From: Mustelus asterias
Taxonomy: Eukaryota
Direction: 5' to 3'
Assembly: GCF_964213995.1 (NCBI RefSeq)
Contig: NC_135822.1
Coordinates: 51,770,001-51,834,000 of the forward strand
Length of the DNA: 64,000 nucleotides
The notes below the pieces were generated by a model that saw only the letters and a program-made list of their open reading frames with translations, ran no database searches and was not told where the DNA came from. This document shows positions 1 through 12,500 of the stretch, in pieces (within the stretch, counting starts at the first letter, position 1; the number at the start of each line of letters is the position of its first letter). Position numbers and translations under genes: made by a program.

Positions 1-990
1 CATATTTATTTAATACCCTTCCAATGTCCTTTGACCTCAGGCACAGATTGCCCCCTTGGTCTCTAACGAGCCCTACTCTTTCCCTCGTTACTTTTTTCAC
101 CTTAATTTATTGATTAAATATGAAGGGAGTCTCCCTAATTCTGTTTCCATGTCCTTCTCATGCCCCTTTTTGATGTGTAGTTGTTTTCTTAAGTTTCCCC
201 TTGCACGCCCTATATTCCTCGAGGTCTGCAGTGGAATTGCTCTCCTTGGATTTGGCAGAAGCTTTTTCCCTCTCCCGCATCCAATCCTGAATTCTCCGAG
301 GCATCCAGGGTTACCATAATTTATTGCTGCTAAATTTAACCCTAAAGGATAAATGTTGGACATGTTCTATCCCCAGATCTTTTTTCAATGCTCACCGCTG
401 ATCCGCTGAAGGCTTACCCCCAAATGCAGCTGTTCCCAACCAACTTTGGCTAGTTCCTGCCTTATTTTAATGAAATATACCTCCCCCAATCCAATGCTGT
501 TTTTTGCAGGCCATCTTTCTCCTTGTCCATAACAATTTTGAACCATGCAGTTTTGGGCTCGGTGTCGCTAAAATGCTCCCTCACTGCTACATTGAACAAT
601 TGTCTGCCTTCCTTCCCCAGAATGAGATCCAGCACTGCGCCATTCCATCGTGGGCCTTCTACATACTGAATCAAATAACTCCCCTTGATACATTTCAAGA
701 AATCCGCCCCTTCTACCCTTAGCAAAATGACTATCCCAATTTATGTTGGAAAAGTTGAAATACACCAGTATAATTATTCGATTCTTATGCTCACGCACCA
801 CTGTGAACAGTCTACATATTTGCTCCTCTATTTCCCGCTGACTCTTTGGGGGTCCATAATGCACTCGCAGTAATTTGGCTGCCCCTTATCATTCCGACAT
901 TTTACCCACAAAGCTACTTTAGAAGGCACTTCCAAGATATCACCGCTCCTTATTGCAGGGTTTGACCCCTTAATTAATAGTGCAACATCA
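1..990 (-). mobile_element. Degraded CR1-clade LINE ORF2 fragment (endonuclease/linker region)
   Basis: Minus ORFs 568..864 (NRIIILVYFNFSNINWDSH) and 462..725 (QYVEGPRWNGAVLDLILG...EHFSDTE) match the endonuclease motifs of the intact CR1 at 24194..25633. Confidence 0.75.
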
Positions 991-2011
991 GTGCCTCTCT
1001 GATAGTTGCATTGACAGGGTAACTTGCAGCCTGAATAGGCTAACTGTCTGCTACTCGTTCCCCAATGGCGCCAAAGAAAATTGCTTGTGGGTAGTAAAGC
1101 AAGATAAACTCTGCAGGTTAGTTAATGTAGAGAAATCCTATGCCTGACAATCTCCAATACCACGTCAACAATTCGGCTGATTAATCAAATATTTTCCTCT
1201 CTTCCGCCTAATTCCCATAAAACTAACACGGCATAGTGACACCTGGTCAACAAATTAACATCTCCCGATGGCCGAGAAGTTCTGTTGAACAGTGCACCAC
1301 TAACCTACAGCTTTATCAAGAAAACTTCAACTGAATGATGTAGTTTTGTACTGGACTGGGCAAAATTATTGCTGTCTAAAATAATGAATTTATATTTTGC
1401 TGCTTATGGAAGTTTTCAGTTCAGCAGGTAATAAATCTATACGAGCCTGACAGGAGATTCTACGTCCCTTCTCTGAAAATATATTTAAAACTGTGAGTGT
1501 TATGTACCCGGGGTTCTATAAACTCAATCATTCATTACAAAGTCTAGAATTCCATAGTTTGTAAAACTGAGAACAAGGTGTTCAACCCTATTGACTTTTG
1601 TCAGTGTGTATGATTGACATGTTTCTCTTACGATGGTACTACTTCTAAAATGTTTGCACGTTCCTTTGCTGGAGTTGAATTGTTTGGTTGAGGAGTGAGG
1701 TAATTATAAGAACACGTGGAGCCCTGGCACCACGACTAATGTTTGATCACGTTGTTGATATGACTGTATGCCCATTGTGAAGATAATGTGGAGAAGGTGG
1801 GTTTCCCAGCGAGGTTTGATAGTTTGGACTTGAAAATACGCCTTAGAAAAAAACGCATTTCCACTCATGCAGTGAATTAAATCCAGAGGTCATGAATACA
1901 AGCTGAATATTCAGAAAATCAATAGGAATATTTGAAGAATATCATTTACCCCACAAATATTTCAATATGGAGCATGCTATAACATCGACTTTTTGAGGGA
2001 AGTTTTTTTGA

Positions 2012-2310
2012 ATTAGCACTGCTGCCCCACAGCGCCAGGACCCGGGATCAATTCTGGCCTTGGGTGACTCCGCGTGGAGTTTGCACATTCTCCCCGTGTC
2101 TGTCTGGGTTACCTCCGGTTGCTCTAGTTTCCTTCCACACTCAAACATGTGCGGGTTGGTGGATTTGGCATGATAAATTACCCCTTAGTGTCAGGGCAAT
2201 TAGCAAGTTAAGTAACATGGTTTACCGTCATAGGGCCTGGGCTCTAATGTTGTCGGTCCAAACTCGATGGGCGGATGGCCTTCTTCTGCACTGGATGATA
2301 TGATTGTATG
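2012..2310 (+). mobile_element. HE1-like V-SINE (tRNA-derived)
   Basis: TTAGCACTGCTGCCCCACAGCGCCAGGACCCGGGATCAATTC head, V-domain GGAGTTTGCACATTCTCCCCGTGTCTG, CR1-like 3' tail. Confidence 0.85.
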
Positions 2311-2339
2311 TAACAGCAGAAATTGATGAAGTGAGAGTT

Positions 2340-5300
2340 TTTTGGACGACTGAATGCAGTAGATCGAAATGCAGGAAATGCAGGACGAGCAGACTCTCGG
2401 CAGTACCAGGATGCAGGGTGCTGCTGCAACAGAGAAGTCAAAGAGAAATGTAGTAGTAATTGGGGATAGTGTAGTTAAGGGCATAGACACTCTTCTCTGT
2501 GACCAGGATAAGGAATACCGTAGGTTGTGTTGCCTGCCTGGTGCTTAGGTCCAGGATGGACCATCTGGGCTGCAGAGGAACTTGGAGTGGGAGGGTGAAA
2601 ATCCTGTTGTCGTGGTCCATATAGGTGCCAATGACATAGACAAAACAGGAACTAAGGATCTGCAGAGAGAGTACGAAGAGCTAGGGAACAAATTAAAAAG
2701 CAGAACCAACAAGGTGGTAATCTCTGGATTGCTACCTGAGCCACGTGCGAATTAGTGCAGGGTTAATAGGATTAAGGAGACGAATGCGTGGCTCAATTAT
2801 TGGTGTGGGAGGAATGAGCTCGAATTCATGGGGCATTGCCACCAGTATTTGGGCAGATGGTACCTGTATAGATGGGATGGTCTCCGTTTGAACCGTGCTG
2901 GGACCAGAGTCCGAGCGAATCGTATCACTAGGGCTGTAGATAGGGCTTTAAACTAATTTATCGGGGGGAGGGTGCAGAGGTAAAGGGATTACGAAATCAA
3001 TGGTAGAGGAGAGGGAGCGAGTGCAAGTGAATGAAGGCATTCAAGTAGTTAAAGGAGTAGAGGGTGAGGGAGAGGTTGATAGCGTTTCACCAAATCGGGT
3101 CCAGATAAAAGCTGGAATAAAGACACTTTGCCTGAATGCACGAAGCATTCGGAACAAAGTTAATGAGTTGATGGTGCAAATCAGCACAAATGGGTTTGAT
3201 CTAGTGGCCATTACAGAAACGTGGTTGCAGGGAGACCAGGACTGGGAGATGAATATCCAGGGGTATCAGGCATGTAAGAAGAATAGACAGGAAGGAAAAG
3301 GTGGTGGGGTAGCTCTGTTAATAAAATATATCAGGTTAGTAGTGAGGGATGACATAGGCTCTAAGGAACAAAACGTGGAATCGTTATGGGTAGAGATAAT
3401 GAATAGTCGGGGGAGAAAGACAGTAATAGGCGTGGTCTATAGGCTCCCAAATAATAATGTTGAGGTGGGGAGGGCTATAAACAAGGAAATAATGGATGCC
3501 TGCAAAAACGGAATGGCAATAACCTGCATATTGATTGGCTGACTCAAGTTGGAAGGGGTGGGGATGGAGGAAGAGTTCTTCGAATGCTGTCGGTATAGTT
3601 ACCTTGAAGACTATGTTACAGAACCGACGAGGGAACGAGTTATCTTAGATCTGGTAATGTGTAACGAGGTAGGTAGAATTAAGGATGTACTTGTGAAGGA
3701 CCCTCTTGGGTCAAGTGATCACAATATGGTCGAATTTCTGATACAAATGGAAGAGGAGAATGTAGTGTCCCATACCAGTGTCCTATGTTTGAACAGAGGG
3801 AAGTACGATAGGATGAGGGCTTAATTGGCCAAGGTGGACTGGGAGAGCAGACTGGTAGGTAGGACAGCTGAGGAACAGTGGAGGATTTTTAAGGAGATAC
3901 TTTTCAGCACTCAGCAGCAATATATTCCGGTGATAAAGAAGGACTGTATGAAAAGGGAGAACCAGCCGTGGATCACGAAGGAAATTAAGGAGAGTATTAA
4001 ATTTAAGACCGATGCGTACAGAGTGGCCAAAAATAGTGGAGAATTGAAAGATTGGAAAAAATTTAAGAAACAACTAAGAACGACTAAGAAAGCGATAAAG
4101 AAAGGAAAGATAGATTATGAAGCTAGGCTAGATCTAACTATAAAAAATGATAGTAAAAGCTTTCACAATTATATAAAAAGGAATAGAGTGGCAAGAGTGA
4201 ATGTTGGACCCTTGGAGGACGAGAGGGGGGATTTAACAGTGGGAAATGTGGAAATGACTGAAACTTCAAATAAGTTTTTTGTGTCGATCTTCAAGGTGGA
4301 AGACACAAATAGTTTACCGAATATTAACGATAGAGGGTCGGTAGGAGGAGAGGAACTCCATGCAATTAATGTTACCAGGAAGGCAGTGCTTGGTAGACTA
4401 ACGGGACTGAAGGTGGACAAGTCCCCGGGCCCGGATGGAATGCATCCCAGGGTACTGAAAGTAATGTCAGAGGTAATAGCGGATGCGGAAGGGGTTATTT
4501 ATCAAATTTCGCTGGATTCTGGGGTAGTGCCGGACGATTGGAAAACGGCTAATGTTACGCCACTGTTTAAAAAAAGGAAATAGACAAAAGGCGGGTAACT
4601 ACAGGCCGGTTAGCTTAACGTCTGTAGTTGGGAAAATGCTGGGATCCATCATTAAAGAAGAAGTAGCAGGCCATCTGGATAAGAATGGTTCGATTAAGCA
4701 GACGCAGCATGGATTCATGAGGGGAAAGTCGTGCTTGATGAACTTGCTGGATTTTTATGAAGTTGTGACCAGTGCGGTTGACGGAGGGGAACCGGTGGAT
4801 GCGGTGTTTTTGAATTTCCAAAAGGCGTTTGATAAGGTGCCTCACAAAAGGTTGCTGAAGAAGATTGGGTCACACGGAGTTGGGGGTAGGGTGTTAGCGT
4901 GGATTGGGGATTGGCTATCCGACAGGAAGCAGAGAGTCGGAATAAATGGGTGGTTTTCTGGTTGGCAGATGGTAACTAGTGGTGTGCTGCAGCGATCGGT
5001 ACTCGGGCCTCAACTATTTACCATTTATATAGACGATCTGGAGGAGGGGACTGAGTGTAGGCTAACAAAGTTTGCAGACGACACAAAGATAAGTGGAAAA
5101 GTGAATCGTGTGGAGGGTGTAGAAGGTCTGCAGAGAGATTTGGACAGGCTGAGTGAGTGGGCGAGGATGTGGCAGATGGAGTATAACGTTGACAAATGCG
5201 AGGTTATTCACTTTGGAGGAAATAATAGCAAACTGGATTATTATAGAAATGGAAAAAAAATACAACATGCTACTGTGCAAAGGGACCTGGGGGTCCTTGT

Positions 5301-6007
5301 GCATGAGACGCAAAAACCCAGTCTGCAGGTGCAACAGGTGATTAAGAAGGAAAATGGGATGTTGGCCTATATCGCAAGGGGGATAGAATATAAAAGCAGA
5401 GATGTCTTGCTGCATCTGTACAGGGCATTGGTGAGGCCGCAGCTGGTATACTGTGTGCAGTATTTGTCCCCTTATTTGCGGAAGGATATATGGGCCTTGG
5501 AGGGAGTGCAGAGAAGGTTCACCAGGTTGATACCAGAGATGAGGGGTGTTGATTATGAGGAGAGATTGAGCAGATTGGGTTTGTACTCGTTGGAATTTAG
5601 AAGGCTGAGGGGGGATCTTATAGAGATCTATAAGATAATGAAGGGGCTGGATAGGGTAGAGGTGGAGAGAGTTTTTTCCACATAGAAAGGAAGCTAGAAC
5701 TAGCGGGCAGAGCCTCAAAATAAAGGGGGGTCAGTTTAGGACAGAGTTGAGGAGGAACTTCTTCTCTCAGAGGGTGGTGAATCTCTGGAATTCTCTGCTC
5801 ACTGAAGTGGTGGAGGCTACCTCGTTGAATATGTTTAAATCACGGATAGATGGATTCCTGATCGGTAAGGGAATTAGGGGTTATAGGGGTCAGGCGGGTA
5901 AGTGGAACTAATCCACTTCAGATCAGCCATGATCTTATTGAATGGCGGGGCAGGCTCGAGGGGCTAGAAGACCTATTCCTGCTCCTATTTCTTATGTTCT
6001 TATGTTA
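2340..6007 (+). mobile_element. Near-full-length decayed CR1 LINE: ORF1 esterase part plus ORF2 (APE endonuclease and RT)
   Basis: ORF1 motifs VIGDS, CCLPGA, HIGAND, DGLRLN (2440-2950); ORF2 pieces 3000..3542, 3549..3824, 3825..4583, 4552..5685 (LNARS, ITETW, NYRPVSL, KFADDTK); stops near 3540 and 3822, frameshift in the A-run near 4570; (TTCTTATG)n tail at 5988-6007. Confidence 0.95.
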
Positions 6008-6261
6008 GATGTAGTGGTGTGAAAAATGCTTGTGTTTTACAAAAACACACGCCGAACCACTTTAGCCCAATATATTCATTCTCTGCTGTCCATTTCTGAG
6101 CGATATGCAAGTGCAGACAAATTTACTGAGGTGCAGCTTCAATAACCATTTGCGGTTGTGAAAAAGGGTATGTCGAATTTTGGCTCGTGAATTTACAATG
6201 TATTAGATTGACTCAAGAGTTTAATATGTAAGAAACATGAATCTTCTGTGTTGCTTAACAG

Positions 6262-6573
6262 AAAATTTGCAGTTACGACTGTCCGATGGTGGAAGCAGAT
6301 GTGCTGGACGAGTGGAGGTTTTATATCGTGGAGAGTGGGGCTCAGTGTGTAACGATGATTGGGAAGACAGTGACGCAGCAGTCGTATGTAGACAACTCGG
6401 TTGCGGCAATTCCTTGGATGAAGGGCTCATTTCTTCTGGAGCAGGATCGGGGCCAATTTGGTTGGATGATGTGCAGTGCTCTGGTGAGGAACCATTTCTA
6501 TGGAACTGTTCCGCAAATCCCTGGGGACAACACGACTGTGGACATGATGAAGATGTGAAGGTCATGTGTTCCG
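6262..6573 (+). CDS. SRCR domain exon 1 (8 Cys)
   Basis: ttaacag|AAAATTTG...TCCG|gtaaga; [26 protein letters not shown]...EDVKVMCS. Confidence 0.97.
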
Positions 6574-9500
6574 GTAAGAACATATTAGAATTGCGCCTTT
6601 CCGCGGTCTGATCGCCCATGCATTTTCAGGAAGACGCCGAGCATGTTATAATTAATCAGGGCTGTATTAATTTGAAAATAACTGGTGTTATATTAATTTA
6701 TTGTTGCTCAGATCACATAATTCCCAGATTACAATCCGGATTTTCCAAATGCTTGGGGATACTGGAGATTAATAAGGGTGCAACCTGGGAAAGAGTTTGT
6801 GATCTTCACTGGGATTGGAATGACGCTCAAGTGGTCTGCGCACATCTGCACTGCGGTGTCGCGCTGCCGACGCCAGCACACACATATTTTGGAGAGGGCA
6901 CTGGACGTAGACGGAGCCACAGCTTCGAGTGCAAAGGAAACGAGACAAACCTGAATGACTGTCCTCTGTCTCCAGTAAATCACCACGAGTGCAGCCACGG
7001 GAACGATGTCGCTGTGGCATGTTCTGGTATGTAAACCACATTGAATGGCAGATAATCCACGGACCCCTTAATCATTGGAAAACTGAAGGAAGTAAAATAT
7101 CTGTTCTTCTCTCTAAGTTGGCCAAATGTAAACTCATGGTTACGGTTCAATTATATCTTTGGACGGACGTTACAAAACATCCCGATGTACTTAGAAATGA
7201 TAATTGTATAAGATTCAACTTTTCCTGCATAAATACAGTTGCGTTGCAAATTAATTTCTAATCTGCAACAAAAGTCGGCTTCTCTTGCACATTCCGATAG
7301 AAAATTGGTTATTAAACATCTCACTATTCTGGCGTTAAAGTTGATTGATTAGTCACAAGTCGGCTTGCCTTAACACTGCAACTAAGTTCCTGAGAAAATC
7401 CACGAGTCGCCATTCTCTGGCGCCTGTTCGTCTACGCTGATGCCAATGCACCTAATCGGCATGTCATTCAGATTGTGGAAAGAAACCAGAGTACGAGGAG
7501 GAAACACACGCAAACACGGGGAGAAAATGAGGAATCTGCACGGACAGTGGCCCAAGTCGCAAATTGAGCCAGGGTCCCTGGCACTGTGAGGCAGCAGTGC
7601 TAACCACTGTGCCACACTAACCGTAGTCATATTATGAACTTCAGGGATAGGTAAATTAAACCAACACTGCTTCATGAATTTGATTACCTTCTTATTTTTA
7701 GGGAGGGCATTCCGGAACTTTGATTGACCAAATTGTGCCTGTGTGAGTAAATACCATTTACAGTTGTTATTTCAAAATCGTTGAGCTTCCTAACGAACCA
7801 AATTACAAATATATTCGCTCCAGAGAGCAGCACTTCAAGAGAGACATGTTGAATCACTTTCGCAGGGAAAAGTAGGGAGGATGAATACATGCAATAGGTC
7901 CAAATATGGCGACAGGCTTCAGGCCAAGAGAGTGGCTTCCTGAACGGCACTGTCGAGATTACCGACTTCGGGACTCTGTGCAAATATACTCTGTCTGGAA
8001 GTTGGCAGCAAGGCTACTGGTGTTTTTAGACCAAAACTGGGATGACTGGATAATCGCTTCCTCACATTTATATTGAAGCCCCTTTGGATAGAGATCAATT
8101 TACATTTTTTTAAAAATCCCTGTGGAAGTTTGCACTGCGAGTCTTGTAAACATAATGCTAGAGAATATGTCATTCCATCCGTAAGACTCCTTACCTCATT
8201 TCGTTTTGTCCTTTTATTCAATTTCTTATGATGAGATTTGTGGTAACTCATTTCGTTATGTTTTTACCTAAAACAGGAAACAATGGACCCCGATTGGTTG
8301 GTGGAGAGGACAGGTGCTCCGGCCGGGTGGAAGTACTGCATGGAGAACACTGGGGGACGCTCTGTGATGTTTACTTTGATTTAGAGGACGCCAATGTGGT
8401 CTGTCAGCATCTTCAGTGTGGAACGGTAGAGACAATCCTGAGAAATGCTCATTTTGGGAATGGAACAGGTCCCATCTGGAAGGAAAACTACAGATGCCGC
8501 GGGAATGAGTCCCGGTTGGAGGATTGCCCTCTTTCATCCGGGGAAAAGTTCAACTGCTCACACTTGAATGACGCCGGTGTCATCTGCTCGGGTAAGTTCC
8601 CCAATCATTACACTCAAAGAAGCAGAATCACAGTCTGTGGAACCCGCACAAAGGGAGGGTACACTGTCCACCGTGCCCCTGTTGGTGTTTTGCAAAAGTA
8701 ACTCAACCAATTTCACATCCCGCAATTTCCCCAGAAATTGTCTTCTGAAAGATTAATCTGTATCCATCAGATTCCCACACAATGCTTTCCAGTCCAATCC
8801 ACCCGCTGCAATGAAAAAGTGAAACAACGTTCCCTTCAGCCATCTGGACATTGTCACCGCCTTAATTCTGCGCGCAGCAATTCTCGTACTCTCCCCCAAC
8901 GCCACCGATTTAATTTGCCTATTTGCTGCATCCAAATGGCTCAGTATTTTGGACAATACATCATACCTCCTTCTCACCGTCCTTGAGGAAGAACTGTCCC
9001 AGCATCTCTAATCTTTTAAAGAAACGGTGAATACTCATCTGTGGAACATTTCTTGCGAATTGTTGATACACCTTTTCTATTATACTCAGATTGCATCTGA
9101 TGTGTGGTGCCGTGAAATGGCCGAGCTGCTCCAATTGATGGCTCACTAATGTTTTATACAGGATTATCACAAATTCCGTACCTCTGCATTCTCTGACCTT
9201 TCGTGTAGGCCGAGGTTACCATTGGTTTTATAAAGTAATTTTACAACTTGCCCTTCCATCCTCAGTGATTTCTGCACGTTCTGTAAAAAGTTATCATACA
9301 CTTTTAGAATTGATCTGCTATTCTTTCTTTTCCTCTGCTCATTCGTCGTGAGTCATCTTGTTTCACTTGCCTGGCCTTTCGTTTTTAAGTCATAAGTTCT
9401 GCTTCAAGTTCCACATTCAGGATAGTCACAGAAATCTTAAGTCTGACACTGCAGTGCATCACTAATGGAATGTTTCACTTCAGTATATATCAGAAGAGAG

Positions 9501-12500
9501 AGAAAGTAAACCTCTATCCAACTTCTCGAGGGAGAATAATTATTGTAATATATTGGGAAACGCAGGGCAGATATCCCGGCTATCAGGCCAACAGTATCCC
9601 TTGGTCAACATTAAGAATGCACATTCTCTGGATATTGTGCCTTTGTTCCTTGTGGGAGTAAGTTATTTTCAACTTGCCTGCTGCGTTTCTGATATAACAA
9701 TAGTGGCTCAACTTCAATCTGTGCATCTGTCACAACATTGTCCGTTAAGGCATCTAATGGTCATTGAACTCATTATATTATGAAGACTTACTTAAATTCC
9801 CACAAAATAGAATCAATTGATGTTCTCCTGTGCCCATTTTTAGCTGTCCTTTTGAATCCATTCCACTAGTCAATCTATGTCCTTGTGAGGGTTGTGCTCT
9901 CTACTGTTCACAGAACTACAACGTTTTGTGTAATTCGCACACTTTGAATCTGTTCTTCGTTACATCCAAGCCTGGATCATTCGTATCTCTGATGAAAAGC
10001 AGAACTGCTGGACCTCATCCATTTGGAAAGTATCCCTTGTTTCATTTTTAAATTAGAAAGCGATGTTGGTCAACTCTGCCAAGTGTTTCCAGTCAAACAG
10101 CCAAATTTACATTATTACAACCAATGTCCTTCTGATTACGTAGGTTTGCCGATAATCCTTTGTGAAACATCATCAGATGTATTTTGGGAGTCCAGGAACG
10201 CCACATCAATTATATTGTCTTCATCAGCAATCTCTGTTCCGTCGTCACCAACTCGAGCTCAGTAATAAGATATGATTGCCCCCTTTAGAGTTATTGCTGC
10301 TTTAAATTTTAGTTATCAAATTGACTGTCTCTTTCCAATTATCATTTATAACCACGTTCGCATTTGTCAATATTCAACTGAGTGATCTGTGGGAACAACA
10401 TTTATATGCATCATTTCTTGAGGAACAGAACAATATGTTCAAATCTCCTGTCAGAGGCAGGTAAGAATGACTGGATCATTTTATAACATATAGAATAGAA
10501 ACTCATTGAATCCCTACAGTGAAGAAGGAGGCCAGGTGGCCCATCGAGGCTGCTTCGACCACAAGTCGCAACCCAGGCCCCATCCCCACTTAATCTGCAC
10601 ATCTTTGGACTGTGAGAGGAAACCGGAGCACCCGGAGGAAACCAACGCAGACTCGGGGAGGACGCGCAAACTCCACATAGACAGTGACCCAAGTGTTAAC
10701 CGTTGTGTCACCATGCCGCCCTAATTATGGTCAATATCTTGCAATTTCCACTCTTACTTTGGTCAGATGCCTTGGAATGAATTCATATGTTCAACTGTCT
10801 TCTCACCTTTAATATCAGTCAAGCTAACTGATGCGTCTGCTTTTTAAACTTCTACTCAATAAAACTTTCATCTCCCTCAGTTGCACCAATATTGAGCAGC
10901 ATCTGCTTCCTTGCCAGAAACATATTCAAATATCCGCTTAGCACCTGAGCAATCTTCCCAGGCTCTCGGCGTGCATGTCCATTCTACTCTGCCTTATTCA
11001 CAATTACTTTATTCATTCGGGGAACCTCTGGAGTTGCTTACGTGCTCCTGTGCGTGTTTGAGGAACGTCCTCATCAGCATCACAGAACCAAAGTGGCCAT
11101 CTTCGTCTACACATTACCAAAATTGTTCAGCACACTGTAATTTCAAATAACTCTCCTATAAATCAACGTGGGCCTTCTTAAACTCACTGGTTACTCTGAC
11201 CCCAAGTGATATCACAATACTTCTTCCTGCGGTGCCATCTGCCTTTTGCCAGCTCTCTGCACACACTGTTTTTGTCCCAGTATTGCTTACTGCTTCACAA
11301 TTCCCTGCTACATTAGTACAAGCCCACTCCAATAGAAATAACAAAGCAATTGATATATCAGTCCCGGCTTTGTTCATCTGCAACACATTGCAAATGCAGT
11401 TTCTTTCTCTGCAAAATCTGCTCCAATGTCCCAGGTCACGCCTTCCATCACGCACAATCTCTAAAGCTGCACATTCATTTGTTCAAACCTGTTTTTACGC
11501 CCTGCTTGCCAGACTCATCTTATGTTCATTAAACACCACACAAAGGAATGTATCCCTCTTTTAACTCATGCTCTTAATCCAAACATGGAAAAGGAATTCT
11601 GGCTTTCAACCTCCCACTTCAGATTAAAGAGATACCTTCGAGTGAAATCATTCACTTTCGCAACAAAGATACAATATTTCATTTAGAATTCTACCCTGTT
11701 GGCGGATGTCTTAATATGGCTACATTTGCTAAACTTTAAATATATTAGTGATTTTTTTAATCATGCAGATGCAATTTTCTCATTGCGAGTGTCGAATGGG
11801 GGAAGTCGGTGTGATGGACGAGTGGAGATTTACTACAACCACAGCTGGGGCAGAGTGCAGGACAGCCAATGGGATATGAATGACGCGAATGTGACCTGTA
11901 GACAGCTGGGCTGTGGCGCAGCGGTAGCGGCCTATAACAACTCAAAGTATGGAGAGGGTGAAGGGCCTGTTTGGGTGAATGATGTCCAATGTGAAGGAAA
12001 CGAATCACATCTCTGGAACTGCAGCACATTCACAATGAACCCGCATCGCAGTGACAACATCGGCGTCGGGGTTCTGTGCTCAGGTGAGTAAGGAGTTCTG
12101 TCTCACTGCAACATACGGAGACATTGCTGGTCTTGCGTTTAGTGGGAAGAAGAGTGAGGTGCTTGCAATTTTCAATATTCACGTCGTTTAACAGGGGCGG
12201 TTGATTGCAGATTAAGAGGAGACGTAACAAACTGAAGAACAAACAGCAAGAAAAATTGCGTGGCGCCTTTAGCAACGAATACACTGTTATGTCGCGTTAG
12301 ACAGTTAATTCAGGTTGACCCAAAAAAGAAATACTGTCACTGTGACACACATATTCATCAGATGGCGAGGAAAAAAGAATAGTGCACCTAAGTATGGGGA
12401 AGAGATTCTCCTTACGGAGGAAATCCAAATTTCTGTCTTAATGGTTCTGGGCAATGCCAGGTAGACAGATGTGATGCAAGGTCAAAGTGACCTAAACTGT

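Noticed and set aside
5062-5718. 218-aa antisense ORF and similar ones (57805..58530, 24600..24941, 6221..6619)
   Set aside because: Shadow frames of CR1 RT or SRCR exons with no independent motifs
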